Part shown: positions 37,899-52,135 of the stretch, in pieces
Position numbering within the stretch: the stretch's first letter is position 1
Layout: the number at the start of each line of letters is the position of its first letter
DNA from: Trichosphaerium sp. ATCC 40318
Taxonomy: Eukaryota > Protista > Tubulinea
Length of the DNA stretch: 64,000 nucleotides
NCBI GenBank assembly: GCA_038496445.1
Contig: JALMLS010000487.1
Coordinates: 1-64,000 of the forward strand
Direction: 5' to 3'
The notes under the pieces: generated by a model
Database searches by the model: none
What the model saw: only the letters and a program-made list of their open reading frames with translations
What the model was told of the DNA's origin: nothing
Position numbers and translations under genes: made by a program

Positions 37899-38816
37899 GA
37901 TTAGTGTTTTGGTGGTGTTGTTTCTTTTGCTGAGAGCAGAAAGTTGTGTTTTGGACTCACGTGAGAGAATTGGGAATTTCTCAAATTTCTGAATAATACT
38001 CGTACCTGGTTGATTTTTACACTTATTTCGCCATAATACGCTGATCCTGCTTTCTTACGCTAATAGAGTACTCCTCGGTATACGTAAAACCTATTTAGCA
38101 TACTTTTAGCGCTTGACTTGGGCAAAGAAAAGCTTTGTGATACGAAACGTAAGAACTACTTTAGATGCTCCAAAAAACTGCGCGTTGGTTGTGTCGAGTG
38201 CGGAGCTGCAATGTCACAGCGAAGATGTCTCACATTACGTTGTAATACTAACTTTAGGAACAACTCTCGTTGGCGCACTCAAACAGAACTGCGCACTCAA
38301 ACAGAACTGCTGACACTGCGCTGTGCTAAACTACAATAATTTTTCTGCCTTGGTGAGACTAAATCATTGTATGTGCGTTCCACGCCGCTCATGACACAGA
38401 AAGAGATACAGGTTAACGAAGGTTTTGTGCCGTTTTTATTTTCTCCAACGTTTTGAAGTGGTAAGGTCACTAAACTTGCGTTTTCTCTCTGTCTATGACA
38501 CCGTCACAAAAAACCAAGTCGTTTTGTAGTTATTATCAAAATACTATAAAATACAAGCTTTTATTACATTGAGGAAATTTGTACATTTTGTAAGTGTTTA
38601 CGCGTTCGTAACCCACCCAGATCGTCATAGAATTGCATATCCATAAAACAAACGCTCACAGAGCTTCGAAAAAAAAACGTAACGGTTTGTTTTTTCCTCT
38701 CTCTTCAGTCTCTTGCTCTTCTCTGCTCTCTATTTTCTTCTTTTTTTTTCAACTACGGATCGCGATGGATGGTATGTGGTGAAGGACAACCAAAAAAAAT
38801 CAAAATTGGGGAAAGC

Positions 38817-41800
38817 CTACTGTCCAGGGAACGAAGAGTAAGCAGGCACCTTCTTTTTCTTCTTTTTACCACTACTACCACCGTTTGAAGTTTCCTCTGT
38901 ACCAGGTAGATTATTATATTTAGGAACACCAGCACTTGCTCTACCATTTCCATGTCCGTTCTGATTGCCATTTGCAGAACCAGGAAAGTTAGAGTAAGCA
39001 GGTTGCTGTTTCTTTGTGTGACTAGGTGGTGGGAAACCGTAACTCAAACCAGAAGGATTTATAACTTTGTTTCCTCTAGCTACAACAAAAGTTAGAATTC
39101 GCTTCGCGTATCCAACGTAAAAGGAAGATTGGAAAAAACGACTCGTTTTTGATTTCGAAAGAGAAGCGTATTCTTTCAATTCTTCGCTTTATTTTCCCCA
39201 CTCCTTGTGAAAATACTGTTTTTTTCAGCGAAATAAATATAAAAGGTAATTCTGCAAGGGAAAAAGTGGAAAAAGAAATGAGTGTTTCGATTCTCTCTTT
39301 GTTTTGTTCGTTCTTTGTTGTGGTTGGTCTTACCTTTAGACTTCTTTAGCGGTAAAACAGTGTACTCCTCTGGTTCTGTATCTAAAGGACCTCCATCCCT
39401 CGTTGGTAAATCAGCATATTCCTCCTCAGGCTATAAAACTGTCAGTGATTTTAAAGAAAACAAATAAAGAAACCTTCTATAACGTACACTTGGAAATGAT
39501 CCGTACTGCGCAGGAGCATACTTTGCACGTGCAGGTGTAAGTGTACGGTGTGATGAAGAAGAATTAGCTCGATTTACCGATGGTCTAACTGGAATATCAA
39601 CATAGTCTCCTTGAGAATCATCAGAGTCTTCTTCATTGTTATTACCAGGGAAAGGTTGATAAGAAACTTGATCAGTCACAGGTGGAGCACGCCTTGTTCC
39701 ATTGTTTGTGTTGTTATCAATAGGTATAGGTTTATACTCTTCAGAGTCAGAACCATCAAACAGTTCCCCAGGTAATTGACCATATGACGGCGCTCCTGGA
39801 GGACCTGAACGGTTTGGTTTACTGCCAACCATTTGACGATTTGTATTTGGATGTTGTATAGACTTCGTAGGAATAGCAGAGTAGTCATCATCATCGCTTG
39901 TATTAGAACCATCGGGAAAGACACCATATGTTGATACGTCTGGTTTACTGCTCTTCCTTGAAGACTCATCACCATCTAAAGAAAATAAATGTAAGTACAA
40001 AGGTACATAAATAAAAAGTTCAAGTTTCTTCGTACATGAGCCACCAAAAGGCCTTCCTTGGCCGTTATTAGATGCATGCTCTGGGAATCCGCCATACGTT
40101 GATGGTGATCCGTTGTTCGAACCATGTTCTGGGAATCCACCGTATGTCGATGGTGATCCTTCATGAGATCCATGCTCTGGAAATCCACCGTATGTTGGTG
40201 GCGCTCCTTCATGCGATCCATGCTCTGGAAATCCGCCGTATGTGTTTGGTGGCCTCTCATTCGATGCACCCTCTGAGAAGTCTCCATAGGTACTTGGTGG
40301 TCTATCATTATTCGGACGAGGATTGGTATTATAACTTCTGCTTGGTGCTAAAGAAAATCATGTTAGCGCCAACATTGTTGAAAAAATAGAATAAAATTGA
40401 CGAACGTCTTTGGTTTGTTGTGTTTGTTAACGTGGCTCCATTTTGTTCACCAGGGAAAGAACCATATTGAGGTACTTGACGGTTTGTATTAGACATTCCA
40501 TAATCATTTCCACCCACTATTAGAAGAAATCAGTGACATACAATCTTAAGTTTAAAAAACGAACTTGAACCAGGAATAGGAACGTAATCTTCTTCATCTG
40601 GAGAAGACTCTGAACCTTCATCATCTGGGAATGGTCTGTACGATGCAGGTTTTGCTATACACAGTAATAAGCGAAAATAAAAGAGTATTTTGAGTACGTA
40701 CATCCTCCTTCAGGTATTACAATATAATTTTGTCCATCTGTTTGGTTTGCAAGCGCGGCAGATGATGTTCTTGGAACGCCCATAGTAGATCTAGCTGTAT
40801 TGTGTTGCCGAGACCTTGCTGTACTATGCTGAGATCTAGTTGTCATGTACTCTGACTGTGTTTGGCTACGTGCAGTAGCATGGTTCTGAGGTGGTTCAGG
40901 AAGACCCCTATTTTTGTTTGATGAGAAGTTCTGACTTTGTGCATAAAAACGCGTACAAGTATTCCGTTGGTACATGCTCATCAGAGCCCACTGATTTTTT
41001 ACTTGCAGCACTTACAACTGGCTTCGAAGATTTTGAAGTCTTTGAAGATCTTGAGGACTTTGGCCTCTTTGTCTGCCCACGAGAATTTGTACTAACATCA
41101 GGTTCACCAAAAGAAGTCGGAATCTACATATTGATTAAATAAAAAGAGTATCAAGTTTTTTTTCGAGAAAAAATATCACGTGTTGTATCACGTGGTTTGA
41201 AAAGAAATCAAAAGAGAAGTTGTATATGTATCGTACTGGATTACTAGATCGTGCAGCTGGTGTAGGCAATGGTGCATACTCACTATTTTGCTTTGGCGCA
41301 TGTGTTGTCTTTCTCTTGTTTGCTTTCTTAGCCTCTTTCTTTGTAGGTGCCAAGAAAGTTAGATTTTCAATAGGATTTTTGAATAATGTCTTGTTAGACT
41401 CAACAAGTTCGGTGAGTGTTGGATATATAAGATCTGACATATCATAACCGCTTGGTACAGGTTTTACAAGAGTATGTTTAACTGTTCCGTCCTATAATCC
41501 CATTAACAAAAGCAGAAAAAAAAAACTACAAAATAACTCCGCAGAAAAGACCAACAAATCAGCGTCACAATGCGCCATAATAATCATGTATTGCATACCT
41601 GATCAACAAAACTCACGCACATATATCCTCTTTTAGAACTGAATCTAAAAAGGAACGATCCAGGTTGTTTATCTAACAGAAATAAATAAAACTGTTTTAT
41701 GATCTTTTTTTTTGATAATTTCGGCTTTTTACTAAAGCTTTCAAATCACTTACCAGATAATAATTCTGTACACTCATTCGTATCTAAATCACCATGAAAC

Positions 41801-43580
41801 CAACTAAATATACGTTAGCAAGTCATACAGCATTTAAACAAAAATGTAACTCATGAGCGATAATCAAACAAAAAATAAAATTACAAGCTCCCCTTTCAAT
41901 AAATAGCATACCTTTCACGTGCCAGAGATGATTTAAAGGAGGTTTTTAAAATAAAACTATAATATCCTACTAAAGCCTCCAAAGTATCAAATACCTATAG
42001 TACGAGTATGAGTAAGTTGAAGAGAAGCATTGCGAAAAATTAAATAATTTTCTGAAGCATCTAAAGAACAATCCTTGAAAAAAAAAAAAAAAGCTTACCC
42101 TGTTTCTATCAGTTTGGCGATGGTTCTCGTTAATAGTAAACCCTTTCTGTTGATTATTACCACCAGTGCCAAGAGCCTCTGACTTGTAGTGTATCAATGA
42201 ATGGCACACTTTACCTTTTGGATCAATATACGCCAAAGCGAAACAACCCTAAGACGAAGTTCAAAAAAATGTGAAAAAGAAAAAAGCACTGGAAAAAAAA
42301 AAAACAAGTACACTTACAGGCTTAGACTTCGAGAACCTAATCAAAAAAGTGCCACAATCTTGAAGCTCCAATAATCTAGCTGCTTCCTCTGAAGATAAAA
42401 ATCCATGAAACCAGCTGAATTTAGTGCGGTGAGGTTCACGTGAAAACGAACAAACAAACACAAAAATAAAACGAAAAAAAAAAAAACATTAATGGTATCT
42501 CCAAAAACTGTTCAACTCGCTTTTTGCTGAAAATTACAAAAACCGGTTCCGGAAGGTGTGTGAAACCAGAGAAAACCAACGTATTCATTTTACACGTACT
42601 TTTTAGAAAGAACACTATCCACCTAAACACATAACGTTACAGATAGAACCGAAAAATGTGCTTCAACGTAAAAAATTGAATTTAATTGGGAGAGTATTCT
42701 TTCCATAAATCCCCTAAACTTGATTTCAAGTGTCTACAAGTACGTACGTGACCTAGCGCATGTGATAAAGGTCCAAAACCATTCAAAAATTCGGCAAATC
42801 TATACAATGACACCTCTCCTGTGTTTGAATGGTCTTGGTGTCTTGTCAGTACAATGAAATAAATAAATAAAAGTAATATTTGTTCTAAAACGTACCTAAC
42901 ATGTATCGCAAGTACTTTGTATCTTTGTCCGACGTAGCTATACCTTTCTTTTGTAAAGCTTTAACGAATCTGGGCCACTGAACCATAAGAGGCTAAAAAA
43001 CCGTTTAAAATAAGCCCAATAATTTCGGCACGCGTGTGGCAATTACCTCGCTACCAAATTCTTGCTTCCAAAAAGCTTTTCCTTCCGCGTCCTTGATTAT
43101 GTCCAAGATCTCGCTCATCTGTTCTGAGTTCATACATATTGATGATTTTCGGCCTCTAGCTTTCTTTTTTGGTTTTTGCGTTATTTTGGCTATTTTTTTT
43201 GATGCTGTAGCGTCCTCCAGCAGCTTCTTTCTGAATACTCTCACTTTTGAATACACTGCGTTGTTCAAGGAGTCCAAATTCTTGCGCACTCGCGTTGATT
43301 GCATAAAGCGTTTCATCTTTTGCTCTTTGCTTATCTTTGCTAGCAAATTAGCGTACTGAGAGAGCAGTTTGTCGCATTCTTCCAAGCTTCGCGTAGGGCA
43401 GTATTTTGGCTGTGCTTTTGCTGATAGCCTTTGCACAGCTGTCAAAACATCTATTGTAACAGCAATAGTGGCTCCTAATTCGTAATCTGTAATTTTATCG
43501 TTTGCGCCCGTATCATCTAAGATTTTTTGTATTTTGGTGGCGTTCTTGACACATGACTTTAACAGAGCTTTACTACTCAT
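38817..43580 (-). CDS. Helical bundle / EF-hand / tandem SH2 adaptor with long Tyr-motif tail
   Basis: GKAFWKQEFG..DHSNTGEVSLYRFAEFLNGFGP (Cbl/Shk-type EF-hand); WFHGFLSSEEAARLL..GTFLIRFSKS and WFHGDLDTNECTELL..GSFLFRFSS (two SH2 domains); low-complexity tail with YxxFP/YxxIP/YxxLP motifs. Confidence 0.85.
40065..40310 (-). repeat. Coding 48-bp tandem repeat (TYGGFPEHGSxxGxPx), 4 copies plus 1 degenerate
   Basis: catg(c/t)tctgg(g/a)aatcc recurs at 48-bp spacing (40075, 40123, 40171, 40219). Confidence 0.85.
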
Positions 43581-44067
43581 TTGTACGAAAGTGTATTATG
43601 CGAAAGGATTAGAAGCCTATCAATAAAGCTACGGAACCCCTTCTTATTGGCGATCGTTTGGGTAGAGTTGTTGTGCCGTTTTACACTTGTACAGTCAATT
43701 CCAGTATTTTGTTACTCAAACTCGCTCTTTTTGCATCACGCCTTGGAGTGAGCTCCGTTGGCTAGGTTGTCCAAGCTATTGCTTTCGATTAATGTAGCAA
43801 TACGCAGTACAAAGAAACATGTCAGTTGCAAAGAAATTATGTATTAGTATCTAAAACGCTACACCCGTAGCCACGTTCGCAGCCTAACGCTATTGAAGCA
43901 CCAAGACACGTGCTAAATCTGTAGTGCAAAAAGTCAACGACGGCAAAATAAAAGTCACTAGTCATACGTCAAATTGTGCTAACATCACCTGTTACATATA
44001 TCTCAACTCGTATTCGTGTTTTTAATATCAACACAACGGGAAATTAAAAAAAAGCACTAAATAAACT

Positions 44068-47000
44068 ATGGCACACAACCAGGTAACTAATAATTACTCT
44101 CTGGTATGATTGTGTTTTGTTACTAACATTGATAGGCAAATAACGCCTACCCAGACAACTCAAGACAACCTAACAACCCTAACGGAAACCCTGCGGACAC
44201 AAATAGTAACATACTACGCTTCTTTCCGAACCTCGACTCATTTGGTGGAAACCAACAAAGCAACTACCACAGCGCCACACAATCGCGCCACCATGGTAAC
44301 GCACCACCAGTAAATCGACAAACACATCCTCAAGCCCCAATGGGCTCTATGCCGTTACGCCAAATGCAAGGACAAATGCAAGGCAACATGTTTCACTACC
44401 AAAGAGTACCCAACACTGTACGCTCTGATTTCGTTTGAGAAATTCATAATTGTTTTAAAAACAACCAAATCGCTCTGAAAATGTCATATTACGCAAAACT
44501 AGTTCTCAGAGAACGCTAATAAGCGGTTGTTTTCTATTTTTTTTGCTTCGCCGTTAAACAGAAGAATTTGGCAAAAGAATTCTAGTGGCGCCTCAAACAT
44601 TTATTAACGCGTTTCATTAGCAAGCGCCTCCGCCAGGTGGGTTCTCCTTTCATCAAGAACAACCAGTAGCACAAAATACTCCTCCTCCTGCCATCAATGA
44701 CGTACAAGAAGATAATAATCAGCGTCAAGTACACAGAGAGGAACCAGGCACAGCATTACGAGGTACGAGGAGAGATATATAACATTAGTTTATCTAATCT
44801 CTCTCGGAGGCAATAAAATTGAATACAAAAGGAAAGGAGGAAAAGTAGCAAATCAACTCAGTGTTGTACCTATTACACTCTATAAGCAAGGAGAAAACAA
44901 ATATCAAATTGGAACATCTATTGCTGTTAATCATAGTTTTATATGCTACGTAGTAAAAGGTACAGAGTAGATATTTGCGTTTTTGTGGTCGCTTTGTTAA
45001 TTTGTTCACAATTGACTAGTTTTTTTTTTTGGTATTAAAGTTTAAGTGTTCTAATTATCATCCTAGAACGTCTCATTCGCGTGATTGCTATTGTTTCAGC
45101 CGAATTAAGCCTTCTGAAAGGTCATAAGCATCCTATAATAGATATTCGCTTTTTTTCTAATGAACATAACATATTGGCTACCCTTGATGCTGTACGGCTT
45201 TAGATTCGCTTGAAAAATCTCATATCATATCTTTTGTTTGGTCTACTTGTTCACACTGTATTATAGGGTGGCAATGTATTTATTTGGCGTGTTGACCAAC
45301 ATATTGAAGAAGGAGAAGATTCAACTCCAAAAACGGTTGTATCTACTGAAAAGCTTCTGGAATGCCGTTCTTGTGAAGATAATATTGAGCCACCTAAAAC
45401 ATTCCGGCGGCTCGTTTGGCATCCAATCGATCCCATGATTTTTGCCATTGTAGGCAAGTGATTAGGTCTTTCGCTGGTAGCGGATAACCACATTCTGGCA
45501 GATATTTTGAAGTTTTTTTTTACTGTTACAGTTTTTTTGAATTCTGACGTATTTTTTTTATAGATAGTGAACATAATGTATACGTACACAATAGAAATCA
45601 ATTAAAGGAATCTGCTGATGAAGATGGTCGTGTTGATATTTCGTCAACACCACCAAGTATCAAAACACCCAGCGAGGTAAGTAGTTTTCTTATTTTTATT
45701 TCATTGTGAAGCCGACTTCTAACATTATTAGATTAACGACTTATCATTTTCTCCCGATGGCCGTTTCCTCACTTTGGCGTGTTCAAATGGCCAAGTTACA
45801 ATATGGGCATACTCAGAATCTGGCCTAATGCTTCGACGAGAGCTTGTTCCACATGGTGGAGATGCTGTTTTTGCTTGTGTTTTTTGTAACCTACAAACAC
45901 AAGAAACATCTCAAGATAATCCTTATGTTCTATTAACTGGTATGTTGTTTGATATTTATGTGTCTTTGATTGCGCTTGTTTGTTTGTTAATGAATGGCTT
46001 GTAGGAAGCTATCATAACAGGGAACTTAAGTTATGGAACCTTAACAGTGGTGAATGCCTTCAAGAGCTTAAAGTTATAGATGAGCTTAATGATAAAGAAG
46101 AAGATGATGGTGTTGGTTATCATCTTGAATTTGATAATACAAAGAAGTTCCTATTTTATGCTCATACTACTCAAGATTCTTTCTATGTTCTTCATTTGAA
46201 TGAACCTAAGGTTAGAGAAGATGGAACTTTGGATCTATCTAAAGTTCGGTTTGATTATTTGTCGGAATTCGGTTTACAGACACCAATGTTGAGTTTTGTT
46301 GCGACGAATCATCTTCAAGATCGGTGCGTCTTTTTTATATTTTTTTTCTCTGTTCTTTTGTTTGTTTGTTATTGTGATTCTAACGGTTATCTAGTGATGG
46401 TCATCCTAGTGGACAGGCTGATCTTCAAATATACTGTGTTCAAACACGTTCTATTCAAATGTTCAACCTTTCTGGTGATGAATGTTATATTCAACAGCCA
46501 GAGGAACAACCTCAAGTGACATCTGCAGTACCACAGCAAGTTCAGGTAATTTTTAAAACACCTTCTGTTTTTTTTTCACTAACGTGAGCGTAGGGGCCAC
46601 CTACTACTAGCCATGGTGATCAAACTGGCGAATATGATGCAGGGTATCCAGATCAAGATCCTCAAGAAGAGCCTCCTCCAGCTGTAGAACCAAAAGCTGA
46701 GCCAGAACCTACTCAAAATGCTGAAAACGCAGAACCTGTCACCGATGAAAGTGCTACTCAGCGTGTTGAAGAAGAGCCTGAAGAGCCCTCTACCGATACT
46801 AAAGAAGATGACGCCGCTCAAGCTCCTCCTGAGGAACCTGCAGCACCAGAAGACCCTGCTATCCTTGGTACGTGCTTTTAGCTTTATGTTTCAATGTGTC
46901 TAGCTTATATTCACGCAGTTATGGGATCACCTATGGCCAGTAGAGCGCAAAACCAAGAGCCTCAAAAAAAGGTTGAACCTTCTGAGGAAGGCTTACCTAA

Positions 47001-49479
47001 GCCTGAGCCAGCAAAGGAACTTCATGAAGTCAAGATCCTAATCAAGAACGCGCTTCAGCCTGGCTCTCCAGTGAAGAAAACGGCCAAACCAGTTCCTGTT
47101 GCAGCTCCTGCTCAGAAAGAACGTCGTACCTCTACTAGTAATCGTGAACCACGACCTGCATTGTCAACTCAGTTCCCTAATATGTCTGATGACAGTAAGG
47201 ATGTTATTACTGTTGTTGAACGTTTGATGCAACGTCAAACACATATGATCTGTATCCACCCTTTTTTTTTTAACATGTTTGAGCTACAGATTTTAGTTGA
47301 AACTTCCTCCATTTGTTCCTTGACTTATAAGATCAAAAATTAGACAAAGATCGAGCAGATAGAGAAAGACACTTTAAAGAAAGGCAAAAAGCGCTTCTGC
47401 AGGTTGTCCTACAAGCTCAAGCACAAGTAAGTATTTTTTCAACAAAGTGTACCTTTATTTTTAACATTGCGCATCTTTGAGAATTTGAGGCATTTCAAAG
47501 TATGTTGGCTTGGTGGCTTTACTTACTATCTTTTTAGTCAATGAGCAAGATGTTGTCTAAGCAAGAGAAGAACATTGTAAAGAATGTCAAACTTCATGTT
47601 AACCAAGCAATGTCTAAGCTTGTATCTTCTCCTGAGTTTGTAGCGCCTCTTCAAGAGGCTATATCTAAGTCTTTGGATTCTACTCTACAGAGTTCATTGA
47701 AGCAAGCAACTGGTAAAAGATTACCACATAACATTGCGCAACAGGTAAGAAAGAGTTTTTTACTAATTTTCTCTGTACTTTTTTCTCAGATTTTTCTATT
47801 TTTTTGGTTTGTTCGTAGTTGGTGGGCTGACTTTTGCTACACAGGTCAGCAATGATATTCAAAAACCAATTTCTGATACGTTCCGTTCCTACTTTGAAGG
47901 TAGCTTTATTCCTTCATTTGAGAAGTCACTTCAAGTTATGTTTGGTCAGTTACATTTGGCTCTTGAACAAGGTAATTTCGAGAACTTGTTTTTCTAGCTT
48001 TGGAAAATTATTTTGTTAAATCTGTTGTTATAGGTATTAAAGAGATGCCAACTCAACCAGGTAAACCAGGTAACCCAGGTAACCCAGGTTATGGATCAAG
48101 TGAAGGACACCTAGCTGGTATGAGATATTCTTTTTGGTAGTTTTAAAACCTTACTGTTAACCTAGTTGCTGCGCAAGCACTTGTTGAGTGTACTCAACGT
48201 ATGAATAATGCGATTATTGATACACAGACAAGAATTCTTGACCGTTATGTTGGTCGGCCACATCCACTTCCTCAACAGCCTCTCATGCCACCACATGCAA
48301 TGTCACCTCCACCTCACCGTATCCCACCACAACGTGTACCACAAGGGTTCAATATGAACGTACAACCTACGCAACAGTGAGTTGATAACTATTGAACAAG
48401 TTGAACAATTTTTTTAATTAATTTTATTTAGGATGGTGATACCTCAACGTCCTCCACAAGACCCTAGATCGGTTATTCCACCTCCTCAACAGGCTCAACA
48501 TCAGCCACCGCCACAAAGACAGCAACCACAGGCACCACAGCAGCAACAACGCGAGGTTGTACCAAATCGATCTCAAATGCAACAGCAACCACCAAGCAAT
48601 GTTCAAAGTTCACCAAAGAAACAAGCTGAAAAGGTTCGCATTTGTGTTTAATCTAATGAGTACTTACCTTTTTTATTGAAGCCTTCTGGTGGTCAACGTG
48701 AACTTAAAGGTGAACTCATGGCGCAGATACAAGACAATAAATACGAAGAAGCTTTCTACACGGTTCGTGTTATTTCTTGTATTTTTTTTGTTTTGTTCCA
48801 GTTACTTTTTCTTATTTTGTACTTTTAGGCTTTGAGTGCTAATGATTTGGATCTTCTTGCATGGTTATGTACTCGTGTAGATACAGCTGAACTTTTTAAT
48901 ACGAAACCACTTCCATTAAGTCAATGCGTATTGATATCTGTTGTACAACAACTCAGTTGTGATCTTCAAAAGGTACCTGCCTTTTTTCTTTCTTTTCGTT
49001 TTAAGTTTTTGTTCATTGTATTTGTTTGTAATGCTTTACTTACATTGTAATATTTAGAGTACGTTAATGAAACTTAATTGGTTGAAGGAAAGCGTTTTAT
49101 TGCTTGACCCAGCGGAACCAACAATAGCAAGGTAAGGTGGTCTTCTTGTTTTCTTTCTTCAATTTCCGTCAGTACTTTTTTTTGCTTGATGTTTACTAAT
49201 CTCAAATAAAGTTACATTGGTCCTATACTTGAAGCATTATTGAGCACATTGACTAATACATTGGGACCTATGTATGATAGCACTGAGTACGATAATACCC
49301 ACAACATTTTAAATCTTTTTTATTCATGAATTATTTTTGTCGTTTTTTTTAAATAGTTACTTATGTTCTTACCTCCTTTTAGTAGCCCAATCACTGGTCC
49401 TTTACGCTTACTCACATTTGTGACTCAGTCAATGCTTTCAAAATTAGCAGAGCAGAAAGCTTCAAGCAACTCAAGCTAG
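44068..49479 (+). CDS. EDC4: Enhancer of mRNA decapping 4 (Ge-1/Varicose)
   Basis: WD40 region IAVNHSFICYVV, LLKGHKHPIIDIRF, RLVWHP; coiled coil with FIPSFEKSLQVMFGQL; C-terminal ALSANDLDLLAWLC..PLPLSQCVLISVVQQLSCDL. Head-to-head with the SH2 gene (~490 bp apart). Confidence 0.9.
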
Positions 49480-49928
49480 ATGTTCAGAGGCGACTGGTAC
49501 TAGCATGTTCGAACAAACACCCAGAAAACATATTTTTTGATGCACAAAAACCCACCTTTCAGAATACGTGAAGCCCTAGTACTTCTTGGTTATTCAAAGG
49601 ATTGTTTGGGTATTGGCAAAATCATTGTTTGATATAAGTAACCAATGTCATGTTTGCACATAAAAACTAGTTAAATGGTGTAACTTGGCCATATTATTTT
49701 CGAACTGTTGTCTCCATTTTTTTATTTCACGTGGGTCTTGAATTCAGGAAAAAACTGTTTGTTGATTTCATTGTACTGTTATTTTTATACGTTCTGTTCG
49801 GTTGGCATAACGAATTCTTAGACTTGCTGGTTACGTAGCCAACAAAGATCGTAAAGAAATCACATTTTTCTGTCTTTCCCTGTATCCTTAAAAAAGTGGA
49901 GAATCTTTTTTCCTATTTCTCAATCGCA

Positions 49929-52135
49929 ATGAGTCTCGTAAATAAGCAAATACTCCTTGTTGGTTATACTGATAACAAACCAAAGCAAGAGCACTTTAAA
50001 TGCGTTGAAAAGGTATTTTAAGCTACTTAGCGAGCAACATCAGTAAAGTATCTCTTTGTCTTGTCTGCTTACTCTACTAGCCTGTTGAGGATGTACCAGA
50101 AGGAAAAATATTGATTAAAGTATTATACATATCAGTTGACCCCTTTTCCCGTGCTTTAATGACAGATCACCCAAAGGATAAACAAGTAGTACATGAGTAC
50201 GATCAAAACAGCTCAAATTCTTCGTTCGAAGTTGCAAGCGATCATTCTTTAATTTTTTTTTTTTTTTTTTGCGAGCAGGACATACCCAGCCTTCTCTTTT
50301 CCCTTGCGAAACAGGTATTTCCAATACCTTCGCTGGGAAAAATGAAAATCGAATTTTGCTTCAAACCCAAAACTTGTTGTTTTCAGTCTTTTTTGGCTAA
50401 TTCTCCGCTTTAAAGATCTGTTCCTCTTAATACACCTATGAAAGGATTGGCTATTGGTCAGGTGATTATTTCTAAAAATAAGTCTTGGAATAAAGGAGTC
50501 CTGGTTCATGGCAGTTTTGGGTTTGTCATTTTTTTTTGATCTTGTTGATCTTTTTTTACTGTTTGTTAATCATATTGTTTAAGATGGCAATCGTATGTAA
50601 TATCAGATGGTACAATGATTTACCCCATCGATGATACCCACATACCAGCTTCAGCTTACCTTGGCGTACTTGGTATGTTAGCAGACTAAAACAATGCAAA
50701 AAAAGTTTCTTTGCATTTTTATTTCCGCAAAAACGTTTGTTGTGAGTGTACATCAGGCGTACCTGAAATATTTGCGTTTTCTCTTCTATAAGATCACGGA
50801 GATGTTGTCATTTATATCTTTCGGAGAATTTTAGTACCGGATTGAAAAAACACGTGTTTTGAGATGGAAGACTTTCATTTGTTATTTATGACTGTAATAC
50901 TGTAGGTCTTACTGGTTTTACTGCTTGGGGAGGTATGACGTTGGTTGGAAAGCCTGAGAAAGGTAAAACAGTTCTTGTTTCATCAGGCGCTGGTGCTACA
51001 GGGAGTGTTGCTGGTCAAATAGCGAAAATTAAAGGTATTGTAAAAAACTATTTCTACTTCTAAGGATTTCTTTTTAATCAATTGCATTTTTGAGTACACA
51101 TCAATTTATTTCGAATTATACACACGTGTTCTATAAACAGCAACATGTCGGCAGTGTTATTGCACGTTAGCTTAATACCGTGTAGGTTGCCGTGTTGTTG
51201 GTATTGCTGGAAGCGATGAGAAGGTCAAGTGGATGGTAGAAGAGGCTGGATTTGATGCAGGTAATGTATTTTTTTGCTATTGGCAAAGTTAACTCGTTTG
51301 TTCTATGGTATTAAGGTATCAATTACAAGGTTGGGAATTTGGCTGATTCAATAAAAAGAGAAGTACCTGAAGGAGTTGACTTATATTTTGACAATGTAGG
51401 AGGTAAGTTCTAAGCGCTCTTTTCATATGTTGTTGAACATACCTTTTTTTGTTCTGTTTAAGTAAGTTCTCGTTGCGTTCCGGTTTGTTTCCCTGCAGTA
51501 ATTTTTTCTGAACTGTTTTTGTTAATGTCAGTACAGGTGAGATGCTTGAAACAGTGCTTGATCATATGAATCTGTTTGGTACTATTGTTGGGTGTGGTTT
51601 TATTTCTCAATACAACACACCTAAACAAGGGAGATACGGCATTAAGAATATACAATTGCTGATTGAGAAAGAGCTTGAGTATAAAGGATTTGTAATACGG
51701 AGATTCTATAAAGACCACTTAATGACGTTCTTGCAGGTAAACAAGAATTTTGTCGTCTTGTTGGTAGCATAAAATATTGAATTTCTTTATCAAATGCTAG
51801 GCAACATCTTTCTGTTTTTGAGTTTTTTTGCTATTTGTACTAGAGAAATTCAACCACATTTTTGTTACTTGGTGACAATTTGAAAGTTTGGCTTGATCAC
51901 GTGACGTTTAGATTATTTTTCTATTGCTTCCAATTTTGTTCTTATTTTTTTCTTATTGAATAATGCTGACAACACTTTGTTTCTGTAGCAAGGCGCCAAC
52001 TGGTTAAAAGAAGGTAAACTTAAATACAAAGAAAATATCCTTGAAGGAATAGAAAGTGCTCCAAAAGCCTTGGAAAGTATTTTCACAGGTTCTAAGATTG
52101 GAAAAATGATAATTCGTGTTGGAGACAAAGAATAG
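49929..52135 (+). CDS. NADP-dependent oxidoreductase (prostaglandin reductase PTGR1/CurA-like, MDR family)
   Basis: [77 protein letters not shown]..GKMII. Confidence 0.92.

Noticed and set aside
38118-38339. YFRCSKKLRVGC (WRKY/FLYWCH-like) ORF with an 18-bp tandem duplication
   Set aside because: Too short, no ATG start and the remaining zinc ligands are absent; at most a transposase scrap.
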